A stretch of DNA of 64,000 nt. Source: Octopus vulgaris. Taxonomy: Eukaryota. The stretch spans positions 56,172,001-56,236,000 of the forward strand of contig OX597822.1 of NCBI GenBank assembly GCA_951406725.2, given 5' to 3'. The notes under the pieces were generated by a model. That model was not told the origin of the DNA, did not search any database, and saw nothing but the letters and a program-made list of their open reading frames with translations. The position numbers were made by a program, and so were the translations under genes. This document shows, piece by piece, positions 52,760 through 64,000 of the stretch (its first letter is position 1; the number at the start of each line of letters is the position of its first letter).

Positions 52760-53720
52760 TCTAGTTGCGTCCAAAACGGGTTTCGTTCGCTAGTCGGTAA
52801 GCTGGGAATTTTCAGTGTTCAATTCAATTTTCTTCTAATGAAGGCACCGACAGAATATTTAGCTTTTTAAGTTTAAGAAGGCACCAGGATCAAGTGAGTT
52901 CTTCAGGAGCCTTGCCCTCTCACCCAAGCAAAGTTTACATCATCTGCTCCCGTTAAGATACGGCCCAGGTAGTTCCAGGAACTTCTATTCAGTTTTGTAT
53001 GGTGTAAACTCTTCTTTTCAACGCCATATGCAGCTGTCAATGACGTAACGTTTCGCCTCACAGGGAACCTAAAAAAGGATCGGTGATTATTAAGTCGTCG
53101 CTTGAAGGGACCCTCTGTAACCCCAATATGTTTCCGTATCTTGCTGTCGCTAACGTTGCCGTTACTACTGTCACAGCCAGACTATTTGCTGGTGCAGCCG
53201 CTGTTGTTATTGCTCTTTCTATCGCATCGGTGCCATTACTGCTGTTCCTGCTGAACGCACAACTAAAAGAGATCCTTAATTTCTGCCTATTGAACAATCG
53301 TCAAAGACATAGGATTGCGTGAAATACTTGTCTATTAATTTGAGGAATATCCTTCCCATGCAGCTCTTGATGTTGAGTGAGAATGGGGCAAACTAAAATA
53401 ATTTACGGTGGTGTTTTCTTTTGTAGGAGATGCTGTCTTTAAACCCGCTGGCTGCCAGCGCCTCAATATGATAGGGGCTTTATCGTCAAAAATCTCTTTA
53501 TTTGTGGACAGGAGTCGAAGTCATCTTACTGATACACTTCGCTAGGTTCTTTAACACAATAGATGGGTCGCAGGAGGCTGCGTTAATGTACGACAGGCTT
53601 TCGTTTCGTTTCCGATAGGGCCTATATAAACAAGTACTCAAATCTAGTGTAACATCCCAAAAAGTTGAATATAGTAAGATTGATCTCAATTGTCATTTTA
53701 AGGCCAAGTGAGATAAGAGA
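52760..53720 (-). mobile_element. Decayed Penelope-like element (RT thumb and linker region)
   Basis: DVTLDLSTCLYRPYRKRNESLSYINAAS..PSIVLKNL and LFNRQKLRISFSC match PLE motifs (FLDVTLDL..YRPYRKPN..YIN; IFNRNTVKVSYSC). Confidence 0.7.
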
Positions 53721-53810
53721 GCGAATTAGCTCCTTACTAAGTCTATTTAGAGTGTGCCCGTTTGCACCTCAATGCATGACTAAAGATATACACACATACT
53801 TACATATATG

Positions 53811-53872
<62 letters not shown>

Positions 53873-53873
53873 A

Positions 53874-53904
<31 letters not shown>

Positions 53905-54031
53905 TAGATATAAACGCTGGTGCAAAAACAATCAAATATTATATATATTTACGTTACTTAAGATCTCGTTTAACACTAGCACATTATGACACTGTAGTAC
54001 ATACAGGTAGAAAAACTTTGCGTCTGTATAC

Positions 54032-54150
<119 letters not shown>

Positions 54151-54242
54151 ATATATATACATTTACATATATATTTATATATATTTGTATATATATACAC
54201 ATATATAAATGCATATATATACACATATATAAATGCATATAT

Positions 54243-54275
<33 letters not shown>

Positions 54276-54593
54276 CATACATACGTGTGTGTTTGTGTGT
54301 TTGTGTGTATGTGCTGGAACACTTAAATCTATATTTAAAATAAAAGGCAGAAAAACAAGTTTTAAAGATAGATCATTATTTAGTCCTTCCAACAGCTGTT
54401 TTATTGGGGACAAACGTCAATAATTCTTTAATTGCGAAATTAAGTGCAACGTGGGTAAGTGTCTCCTACTATAGCCTCGGGCTGACTTAAAGCTTTGTGA
54501 GGAGATCTGTGAGGATATATATATATAAAGGCGTACACACATGCACACATACACAGTAATGCATATACTTAAATGTTCATACATACAGAACGT

Positions 54594-54795
54594 ACGAGGG
54601 GGTGTTGAAAAGTCTCTGGCTTTAAAGGTATTTCAAAGGATCTTGTTGGAGGCCAAAACTTCAGAGTTCATTTGCAGGGCCTAGAAAATTGACGGACTGC
54701 TCCAATAAATGCGTGAATCTGAGAGGGGAGAATGTTGAATAAAATCATAATTAGCTGACCCTCCTGTATTTTCTTTTCTCCAAAGTCAGGAACTC
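54594..54795 (+). mobile_element. Mariner-derived MITE
   Basis: TAcgagggggtgttgaaaagt TIR start; interior collinear with 35935-36126. Confidence 0.65.
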
Positions 54796-55624
54796 ATATA
54801 TGAGTAGGTGTATGTGTAGACATCCATAAATGACACAAACATATAAATGTACATTGCACCCCGCCACACACACACACATACACACATATACATAGCAGCC
54901 CATAGAAAGTATATATGCATGCGTACAGTTGCAAATGTGAAGAAGAGAAACCACACGGTCACAGGTACTAAAAGCGTCAAAATACAATGGAAGGTGTGAC
55001 GAAGGCAATTTAAGCATAAACACAATGTATGCTTACATACATAGGAGACATTAATATGTACGAATATATTTACATACAAAGCATTGAACATACATGCAAC
55101 AATAACAAAAGAAACAGCATATATTCTTAAACATAAACAAACAAATATGTATAAACACACACATAACGATATATACGGATATACATGTACAAACATAAAA
55201 GCACTCTTAAATGCATTACTATGCAAACTGAAACAAACCCATATGCAAGCATCCTAACTAAAATTATATCTAAGTATTAACGCTTGCTTGAACAGAAAAA
55301 TCAATTTCTACAATTCTTGTCATTGTAATTTTTTTTATATTTATTTCAAATTTCAGAACAAGGTCATCATTTTAGGGTTTGATTGGTAATTATTTTATCG
55401 ACTCCCGAAAGAATAAAATGCAAAGTCGACCTTGGTAGAATTTGAATTCAAAACGTGAAGACGGATAAAATGCTGCTAAGCAGTTTGCCCAGTATTCTAA
55501 CGGCTTTGTCAGCTCGCCGTCTTCATGGAATTATATTAACATTGTAGGAACCATTGCCTACTCGATATCTAATTAAAGCGGGGGTGGGGAGATACATTTT
55601 AATTTTCTATCTTTACACTTTCTT

Positions 55625-55822
55625 CATTATTTACATTATTTACATTTGACGGATATTCGTCCTCATCTTGTTTGTTGTCAACACAACATTTCGGCTGATA
55701 TACCCTCCAGCCTTCCTTAGGTGTCTTTCAAATAATAATAATAATAAGATGAGGACAAATATCCGTCAAATGTAAATGATGTAAATAGTGTACGTAATTC
55801 TTCCTCTCCTAAATATAGGACT
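55625..55822. mobile_element. Inverted pseudo-LTR-like fragment with decayed hammerhead
   Basis: Arms at about 55625-55669 and 55746-55790 are inverted. Minus strand 55681-55724 reads acac CTAAGGA aggctg..cagcc GAAA tg TT gtgt. Confidence 0.6.
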
Positions 55823-56004
55823 GTTTTACACCATGTTGTTGGGAAGCACACTTCTTACCACACAACAAAAACGGTAATGCTTTTGTCTTTACAATTGAAT
55901 ATATGTTCACTAAGATAATCACAGTTCCAAAGAGTATTTTAAGAAGATGAATGGCAATATGTGTTTTTGAGCATAGAAGTGAAACCAATATAGCAGTCAG
56001 AAAA

Positions 56005-56174
56005 TATACATACATACATACATACATACATACATACATACATACATACATACATACATACATGCATACATACATACATACATACATACATACATACTTA
56101 CTTACATACATACATACATGCATACATACATACATGCATACATACATACATACATACATACATACATACATACA

Positions 56175-56205
<31 letters not shown>
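56005..56205. repeat. (CATA)n microsatellite
   Basis: Directly visible. Confidence 0.97.
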
Positions 56206-56206
<1 letters not shown>

Positions 56207-56603
56207 AACATTCCAAAATATAACTACTCCTGGAATGTTGGAGATTTATTTTCCTCCTTATTCCTATTCATTGGACTTCCCTTTTTCCTCTTTCCGAAGA
56301 AGTGCTATGCTCGAAATGTAAAACAAATACCCTTTTCCTTTCTGAGCGTTTTATGAACATTCTGTATGTGCTACGTCCTCACGTTGTTGTGCTTTTTCTT
56401 GTTGTCCGGTTTTTTTTTAATGAACCACATATATATATATTTTTCATTCTTTTTCAAGATTGCTCTTAAATGTAGTTTCGGTTGTTTTGAGTACTTCTTC
56501 TAGCATGTAAAAACTGCCTGATGAAGGCAGTTTTCTATTGCGTTTAAATGTACACTATTATATATATATATATGTGTGTGTGTGTGTATGCAAACACAAA
56601 CAT

Positions 56604-56679
<76 letters not shown>

Positions 56680-56767
56680 TTCAAATTTACGGAAAAACAA
56701 ACTACGAAGGCAGGTGAATAAACAACAAACAGGTGTATTAGTTTAACGCTCGGGAGGGTGGGAAAGT

Positions 56768-56803
56768 CTTTTACATTTCCAGCCTACGCTCTTCATCAGA
56801 AAG
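56768..56803 (-). ncRNA. Minimal hammerhead motif with canonical CUGAUGA core
   Basis: cttt CTGATGA agagcgtaggctg GAAA tg TA aaag. A decayed opposite-strand relative lies at about 56291-56325. Confidence 0.55.
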
Positions 56804-56849
56804 GAACTCGAGGAAATAAACAGAGAGAGAATAAAAAAAGTAGCGGTCA

Positions 56850-58320
56850 ATCATGGCGGCTGTCTGGACAAAGGTAGTTAGGCAGGAGAGCTGATATATT
56901 GGTTGGTGCTGTTGGTGCTGGCGTTGCTAGTGCTGGTACGGGTGGTCTTGGTGCTGGCGCTGTTGGTGTTGGCGTCATTGGAGGTGGTGAAGGTGTTGGT
57001 GCTGCCACTGCCGGTGTTGGTATAGGTACCGTTGTTGTTATTATAGCTATCGCCATTGATGAGGGTGTTGTCATCGCTGTTGTAGATGTCATTGGCGATG
57101 TCTCTGCTGCTATTTCCGTTAGGGATACTGACGTTGCTGTCGTTGTTGTTAATGTTGTGCTGGCGATGGTACTGCCGCTGCTGCTATTGGAACTGTCGGG
57201 CCTGCTGCTGTAGACGTAGCCATTAGGGAAGCTGATGATGACGCTGCTGTCTTCTTCTTCTTCTTCTTCCAATCAGGACTCACGCCATTAGCCACAAAGA
57301 ATAATCTCTAATTCGAGCCTACTCTAAGCTATTAAGAATGCGTGCGACCAACTTGAAGATCCACCCACCACACGCGATAGACTGGCAGTTGCACAGGCAC
57401 GAAATCTACGTTGTTATCCTCATTCCGTAAACGGTGGCTTTGAACGGGTGAAGAGCTGAACCGTCCTGGGGTACAGAGGGTTCGCAATCTAGACTAGGGT
57501 CTGAAAGTTTACCACACCTTAGTGGGTTACACCACGGTTCCTCTGCTTTGTGACAGAAGTAGGAAGAATGAGTGAGAGAAAGTTGTGATGAAAGAGTACA
57601 GCGGGGTTCACCACCCCTCCCCGCCTGAGCCTCATGGAGCTTAGGTGTTTTTGCTCAATAAACACTAACAATGCCCGTCTGAGAATCGAAACCGCGTTCT
57701 TACGACCGCGAGTTCGCTGCCTTAAACACTGAGCCATTGCACCTCCACTGATGCTGCTGTTGTCGTTATGGGTACTGCCATTGCTGTCGTTGGTTACGTT
57801 CGCATTTCTGCTGCTGATAGTACTATTGGTTCTGTCGCCCCTGCTACTGCGGACAACGTTAAGAGGGCTGCTGTTGTTGTTGCTGCTGCTGCTAGGGTCA
57901 GCCAGTACCTCGGTTTCTTGGACGTCTCCCTTGGTTTTACAGTTGCCACTCACTCCACATTTATTGCGGTCCCTCCAAAAATATTCTGCCTCCGCTCGTG
58001 GTATAGGGGTGCTAACTAGAATGTTCTTAATATTGGGGCACAGCTAAAAGAGACCCTAAAGTTGTGCCTGCTGAAAATGCGTCCCTATCTCAGCGAACTA
58101 GTGAACTGTTTATCTATTAACTTAAGGAATATCCTACATAGAAACGTTTTCTTTTTACGTTCAGAGAGAAGTGGGGGTGCAAACGAAATGATATTTTTGT
58201 GGCGCTTCCTTCTACGGATGTTGGGGCAGCCAACAAGTTTTAGTATTTGATAATACTTCATAAAGCCAAGCCGATGATGGACGTGAAACCTAAGGTAATC
58301 CCATAAACCGGCCTTATCTA
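56850..58320 (-). mobile_element. Decayed Penelope-like element with long low-complexity linker, interrupted by a SINE
   Basis: About 58030-58215 reads RKRHKNIISFAPP..RIFLKLIDKQF..RIFSRHNFRVSFSC (PLE thumb), followed by S/N/T/P/A-rich tracts and then the hammerhead at 56768-56803. Confidence 0.6.
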
Positions 58321-58448
58321 ATTTTAATATATACTGCTCTATAACTTAGAATCTGCTTCTTTTTTCGGATTGATGTTTACGGACGATATATATACAAATA
58401 TATGTATATATCTGTATGTATATGTATTTATACATATACATATATAAC

Positions 58449-58482
<34 letters not shown>

Positions 58483-58558
58483 CATATATGCATGTAAATG
58501 TGTGTGAATATGTAAGGATAAATATGCGTGTGAGTTTAAAGACACTAGCAATACTGTT

Positions 58559-58612
<54 letters not shown>

Positions 58613-59648
58613 AAGAGAGAGAGAGAGTGAGAGAGGGAGAGAGAGAGAGAGAGAAAGAGAGAGATTAAGATACTTATCAGAGTATTTGTGTACGTATCTA
58701 AGAATGTAAGTGTAAATGGTTGTCATTAGTAGTCTGTTTGCACAAATATATCCAAATTGTCGGAAACAATAAAATTTTGTCCTTTGATGTCCACACATCC
58801 GGAGGCAATAAATACTGTCGAATGCAAATATCACTGCACAGCATCCAGTCACTTCGTTTTCTAAAGACAACAGAGCGAGAGATATATTTGTACTAAGAAA
58901 CAAAGTGGAAAAGTTTGAACGGAGCTAATTACACTGTAACATGATTTTTGTATTTGGGTAATAACTGTTATTTCCTATTTGCTTACTCCTAGAAAGTATG
59001 AAAAAGGGCTAATATTTCATTCAAACTTTACCTTTCTTAGATTTTTTCAAACCCCAAACAATCTCTCTCTACACATGGCTATGATGCCCCCTTGCTACTC
59101 CTGCTCATTATCAGAAATGCACATATTGTCAGTCACTTAGGGACATGCTCAAGTGGTTATGGTCAAGCACCTAACAAGCTAATCTGTGGTATTGAGCAGA
59201 ATATTTATTACAACGATATTACTATTTCAGTAAGTCAGCGCTGAATCGCTCTGAAATATAATGGAAAATAGGTCAGTTTCAAAACATTGGTGTCCAGGTC
59301 ATAAAAGCAGAGTTTGAAAAGGCAAATTGAAAATGACACTTATTGACCAAAGGCAAAAACTGAAAATAATATTTTGTTACACAGTATAACGATGACTGCT
59401 TTATTCCTTCTTATTTTTCAGTACCAAGTGGATCACAGAATATTTGGCCTTTCCAGGGAAGAATACTGGCTTCATTCACATCCATTGTCTTCGCTTTCAT
59501 GTTATTTTGGACCTTTTTGTTTTGTTTTCGTGAAACTTCCATTATTTACACCACTCAATACTGACATAGTCGTTTTATCTAATTAATAAAATGATTAATT
59601 GGTTTGTATTTAGTATGTATAAAATAACTGTAGGTGTGTGTATGTATT

Positions 59649-59699
<51 letters not shown>

Positions 59700-60436
59700 T
59701 TACATATGTGTGTGTATGTATGTTTGTATGTATGTCTATATGATTATATATATATATATATATATACATACATACATACATACATACATACATACATACA
59801 TACATACTTGCTTGCTTCAATACTTCGTAAATGGCTCTCTGTCGCATTCGATGATGTGTACTCCAATTGCTCCGATATATGAACTGGATAATTAATGACA
59901 GCTATTCCACAGCGATGTGTACCATTAATGTAATCCTTGGTGAGAATCTGCGTGTCGCATAGTGAGTAATAAAGCTGGTCCATCGAATTAAAGGTACAGT
60001 CTATTCATGCGGATTGCTATCATCAACATAGTGTCACATTTTAAATACCTCATAATCAAGAAACAGGAACAAAAGTGTCATTAAATTTAAATTCCTTTAT
60101 GAACGTTCTTTCGATTTTTTGTTTTGTAAAAATAAGTTTGCTATAATAACATTTTGATTTATTTTAATTTGTTATATTTTTCTTGACCATATGTTTCATT
60201 TTTGTTAACATATTATTGAAAAACTAGATAATATATGTTACTCAAATTTAGGATAAGTTCACATTCTTTATCGTTAAATAAATAATTGTGTAAGGGGTGC
60301 AAAGACACCGTAAAAAACTTTTAGGGGTGCGGACATTGCAAACGGTTGGGAACCACCAGTCCGCTGGAAGGGTTTCTACGGTTTTTGCCTTCAAAATTTC
60401 ACTCACAAATCTTGGGTTGTTTCAAGAATATATGTT

Positions 60437-60662
60437 ACTTTGCTACCCACAAGGGGCTAAACACATTGGGGACAAACAAGGAGAGACAAACGGATAAGGT
60501 CGATTACATCGACCCCAGTGAACCGGCACTTAATTTATCGACCCCAAAATGATGAAAGGCAAAGTCGACCTCGGCGGAATTTGGACTCAGAACGTAACGG
60601 CAGACGAAATACCGCTAAGCATTTCGCCCGGCGGGCAAACGTTTCTGCCTGTTCGCCGCCTT
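60437..60662 (-). mobile_element. SINE family B, full-length copy
   Basis: Collinear with 15483-15706. Confidence 0.85.
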
Positions 60663-62278
60663 AATAATGTACAACATATAGTGATTTCAATATGTTTGAG
60701 CAACAATACTAGTTCCATACATTTAACGTTTATTATTACATTCTGTAAATCTTTTGAGCGTGCGCATTTTTCAACTCTAGTTTCGTACTTTTTAAGGCAA
60801 CGTGCTAACGTTTCTGCCAGCTCGCCGCCTTTTGGTTGTTCCAAGGATATAATCAACGTTACTTGCCCGATATGACACGAACTGCGGAATGAACGTTTTA
60901 ACAACACGGCCACGCCTACTTCCATGACACGACCAAATGGTTGCCAAGTTAGTTTTTAAAATATGTAATCACGTGTTCGATCTCACTATGTAAGACCTTC
61001 AGCAAATGTATTAACCATAACCTTACGTAAACTAAAGTTTTGTTATTGGAATTGGGTTCATAAAAATCATTGCTGTGGCCAGTCCGTGACACTGTATTCT
61101 AATTCAAACAACCAGTCTTTTCACGCACTGTCATGCTGATTTCACTCGATGACCATAGTAACGAGCCATGCCTGGCTCATAAGGGCCGGTTTCCCGGTTT
61201 CGTTGGCGTATAGGTTCCCCACCTGGACGGGATGCCGGTCCGTCGCAGGTGAGCTGCAAGATGCAGGAGGAAAGAGTGAGAGAAAGTTGTGGCGAAAGAG
61301 TCAGCAGAAGTTCGCCATTACCTTCTGCCGGAGCCGCGTGGGGCTTAGATGTTTCGCTCATAAACAAACACAACGCCCGGTCTGAGATTCGAACCCGCGA
61401 TGCCTCGACTGCGAGTCCGCTGCTCTAAACACTAACCCATGTGCATCCACAATGACATAAATAAATGACATAAATTTCTCTGGCTTTCTCAACCCCTGAC
61501 TCAACAATTTATAGGGTTGGCAGTATTCTCAAACAGAAGATTCACATCTAAAGATACGTATTTAGATACAGATACAATTTATAAGATGGAGGCGCAATGG
61601 CCCAGAGGTTAGGGCAGCGAACTCGCGGTCGTAGGATCACGGTTTCAAGCTCCACGAGCCACGGCAGGGGTGTTGGGGATCCCTGCTGTACTCTTTCGCC
61701 ACAAATTTCTCTCACGCCTGCTCACTTAGCCAGCGGGGTGGCGTTATTTGAAGGCTAAAACAATGCGAAGCGCATTGTGACTAGCGATGTGTAGCAACAT
61801 CTGATAGCCTGGTCGGTCACGGTGATCACAATGTATAAGCGGTGCCTCTAGAGTTTTTAATTGCAGAATTTCACTACTAAAGATTGGAATAGCGTTCATG
61901 CGTATATATGTGTGTACGTATGTGATTGTATGCATGTATGTGTTGCGAGTATATATGTGTGCGTGATGGAAATTTTGTTTGATATATTGAGATGTGTGAG
62001 CAAAACAGTGAGTTTACAACGCAACACCGGTCTGCGAATCGAAACTACGATATTACGATCGTGAGTTCAACATCCTAACTAGCGTGTCACTCGCCTTCGC
62101 ACGTATACACACACCTACACACACACACATAACAAAGAGAGAATATTGCTTATTGATCTCGAAACATTTCGCTTTTATTGGAATTGTATGTATGTACGTA
62201 TGTATGCATCTATGCTTTTCTCTCCTTGTTATTTACTAGCATTCATTATCGAATTAGATCTAAAAAAAAAAAAACGTA

Positions 62279-62326
<48 letters not shown>

Positions 62327-62471
62327 GCTATTAAATCTTGTAGCGTTCCACTTTCAGATAATTATTTGTCATACAATTCAATTATGTATGTATGTACGTG
62401 TGTGTGTATGTATGTATACTTACATACACACACATATACGTACACCTATACACACACACACACACACACAC

Positions 62472-62535
<64 letters not shown>

Positions 62536-62552
62536 CATATATATATATATAT

Positions 62553-63500
62553 ATAATAGAAATATTAAAATAACTAAGTCTCTCTAAAAGAGAACAGCGG
62601 CAGCGTTCCCGGAAAATAATAGTTATCGCCATACTAATATGGCATTCTTATAAAAATAAGAAAAAAGCTGTCCGCTTATTAGCTCCATGAGGCCATCGCC
62701 TTAAGTTAGCTATTTGATACACAAACTGTATCCATATAACCTTCGAACAGGGGAGGTCAGTCGCTCCACACTACTTGACCGGCAGCTACAGACGCGTTTC
62801 GGGGTATTGCCCCTTTTCAATGCAGCGTAGCCAGCCAGTAGGTGTCGCTTCCGACAATCTCTGTTCGATGGTTTTATTTACCTAGTTTCGGTGGAATACA
62901 TCCACTTGTTTTCAATAATAGAAATATTAAAATAACTAAGTCTCTCTAAAAGAGAACAGCGGCAGCGTTCCCGGAAAATAATAGTTATCGCCATACTAAT
63001 ATGGCATTCTTATAAAAATAAGAAAAAAGCTGTCCGCTTATTAGCTCCATGAGGCCATCGCCTTAAGTTAGCTATTTGATACACAAACTGTATCCATATA
63101 ACCTTCGAACAAGGGAGGTCAGTCGCTCCACACTATTATTATTTTCCGGGAACGCTGCCGCTGTTCTCTTTTAGAGAGACTTAGTTATTTTAATATTTCT
63201 ATTATTGAAAACAAGTGGATGTATTCCACCGAAACTAGGTAAATAAAACCATCGAACAGAGATTGTCGGAAGCGACACCTACTGGCTGGCTACGCTGCAT
63301 TGAAAAGGGCAATACCCCGAAACGCGTCTGTAGCTGCCGGTCATGTAGTGTGGAGCGACTGACCTCCCTTGTTCGAAGGTTATATGGATACAGTTTGTGT
63401 ATCAAATAGCTAACTTAAGGCGATGGCCTCATGGAGCTAATAAGCGGACAGCTTTTTTCTTATTTTTATAAGAATGCCATGTTAGTATGGCGATAACTAT

Positions 63501-63504
<4 letters not shown>
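62553..63504. mobile_element. Non-coding 362-bp hammerhead-bearing repeat: 1.6 tandem copies plus one inverted, circularly permuted copy (retrozyme/PLE-pLTR-like)
   Basis: Direct copies at 62553-62914 and 62915-63135, inverted copy at 63137-63504. Only about four differences among copies; embedded in (TA)n. Confidence 0.85.
63294..63334 (+). ncRNA. Minimal hammerhead motif with U3-A8 core (mirror copy 62785-62826, minus)
   Basis: gctgca TTGAAAA ggg(g)caatacccc GAAA cgcG TC tgtagc: stem I 6 bp with one G-U, stem II 3-4 G-C pairs, palindromic acgcgt stem III, GUC triplet. Confidence 0.7.
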
Positions 63505-63582
<78 letters not shown>

Positions 63583-63620
63583 ATGAGGGTGTCTAAAAGA
63601 CACCAACATGCCGAAATACA

Positions 63621-63666
<46 letters not shown>

Positions 63667-63679
63667 TGAGATGATTTGA

Positions 63680-64000
63680 AAATGCACAGGTCTTTTAAAC
63701 AAGTTTATTGGCTTTACCGGTTTCACTTTTAAAAAAAAAAGATTTTTGAAAGTAAAATGCTAGGCTTTGTGTGTTTACACAGAAGTGTTGAAATTAGGCA
63801 CTAAAATAAGTTCATAACTGTTTATAAATTCTTCAGAAACCATAATTGTTTAGATAAATGACCAACTTTTTATCTTCATCTCCAGTCTTGTATATATACA
63901 AGCCTAGAGAAAGCCTTGCAATTTACGTTTGAAAATCTTTTTTTTTTTTTAAATAAAGAGAAACCCGTCAAGTCAATAAGTATCTCTGAAAGACCTCTGC
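63680..64000. mobile_element. Diverged inverted pseudo-LTR pair with hammerhead-like motif (63925-63973, +)
   Basis: 63682-63770 is the reverse complement of about 63895-64000. The motif reads acgt TTGAAAA tcttt..aaaga GAAA cccG TC aagt, and the other arm has GAAA ccgg TA. Confidence 0.55.

Noticed and set aside
56847-57272. 141-aa S/T/P-rich mucin-like ORF and its antisense V/G/A-rich ORF
   Set aside because: No ATG or convincing splice context; better explained as the low-complexity linker of the surrounding decayed Penelope element.

Overview
AT-rich, microsatellite-dense eukaryotic DNA whose SINE and repeat content looks like an octopus (coleoid cephalopod) genome; the organism is an inference. 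The only host gene I can support is the 3' part of a corticotropin-releasing-factor-binding protein (CRF-BP/CRHBP) gene on the + strand. It has five in-frame coding exons (16306-16510, 20067-20236, 21589-21645, 35101-35215, 37305-37444), and I found none of its 5' exons in the window. The rest is introns and intergenic DNA filled with mobile elements: a CR1/L2-group LINE in two complementary pieces, many Penelope-like (GIY-YIG) fragments with inverted pseudo-LTRs and minimal hammerhead-ribozyme motifs, a Tc1 transposon, a Chapaev3-like (RAG1/Transib-fold) transposon, a Gypsy gag remnant, two non-autonomous Helitrons, mariner MITEs and several tRNA-derived SINE families. Four observations stand out. 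(1) A young, non-coding, circularly permuted 362-bp retrozyme-like repeat at 62553-63504. (2) Recurrent hammerheads with a compensatory U3-A8 core. (3) LINE halves 14.2 kb apart that overlap by exactly 20 bp around three host exons. (4) A 57-nt CRF-BP micro-exon in the loop where mammalian CRF-BP is cleaved. Most ORF-track entries are microsatellite artefacts.
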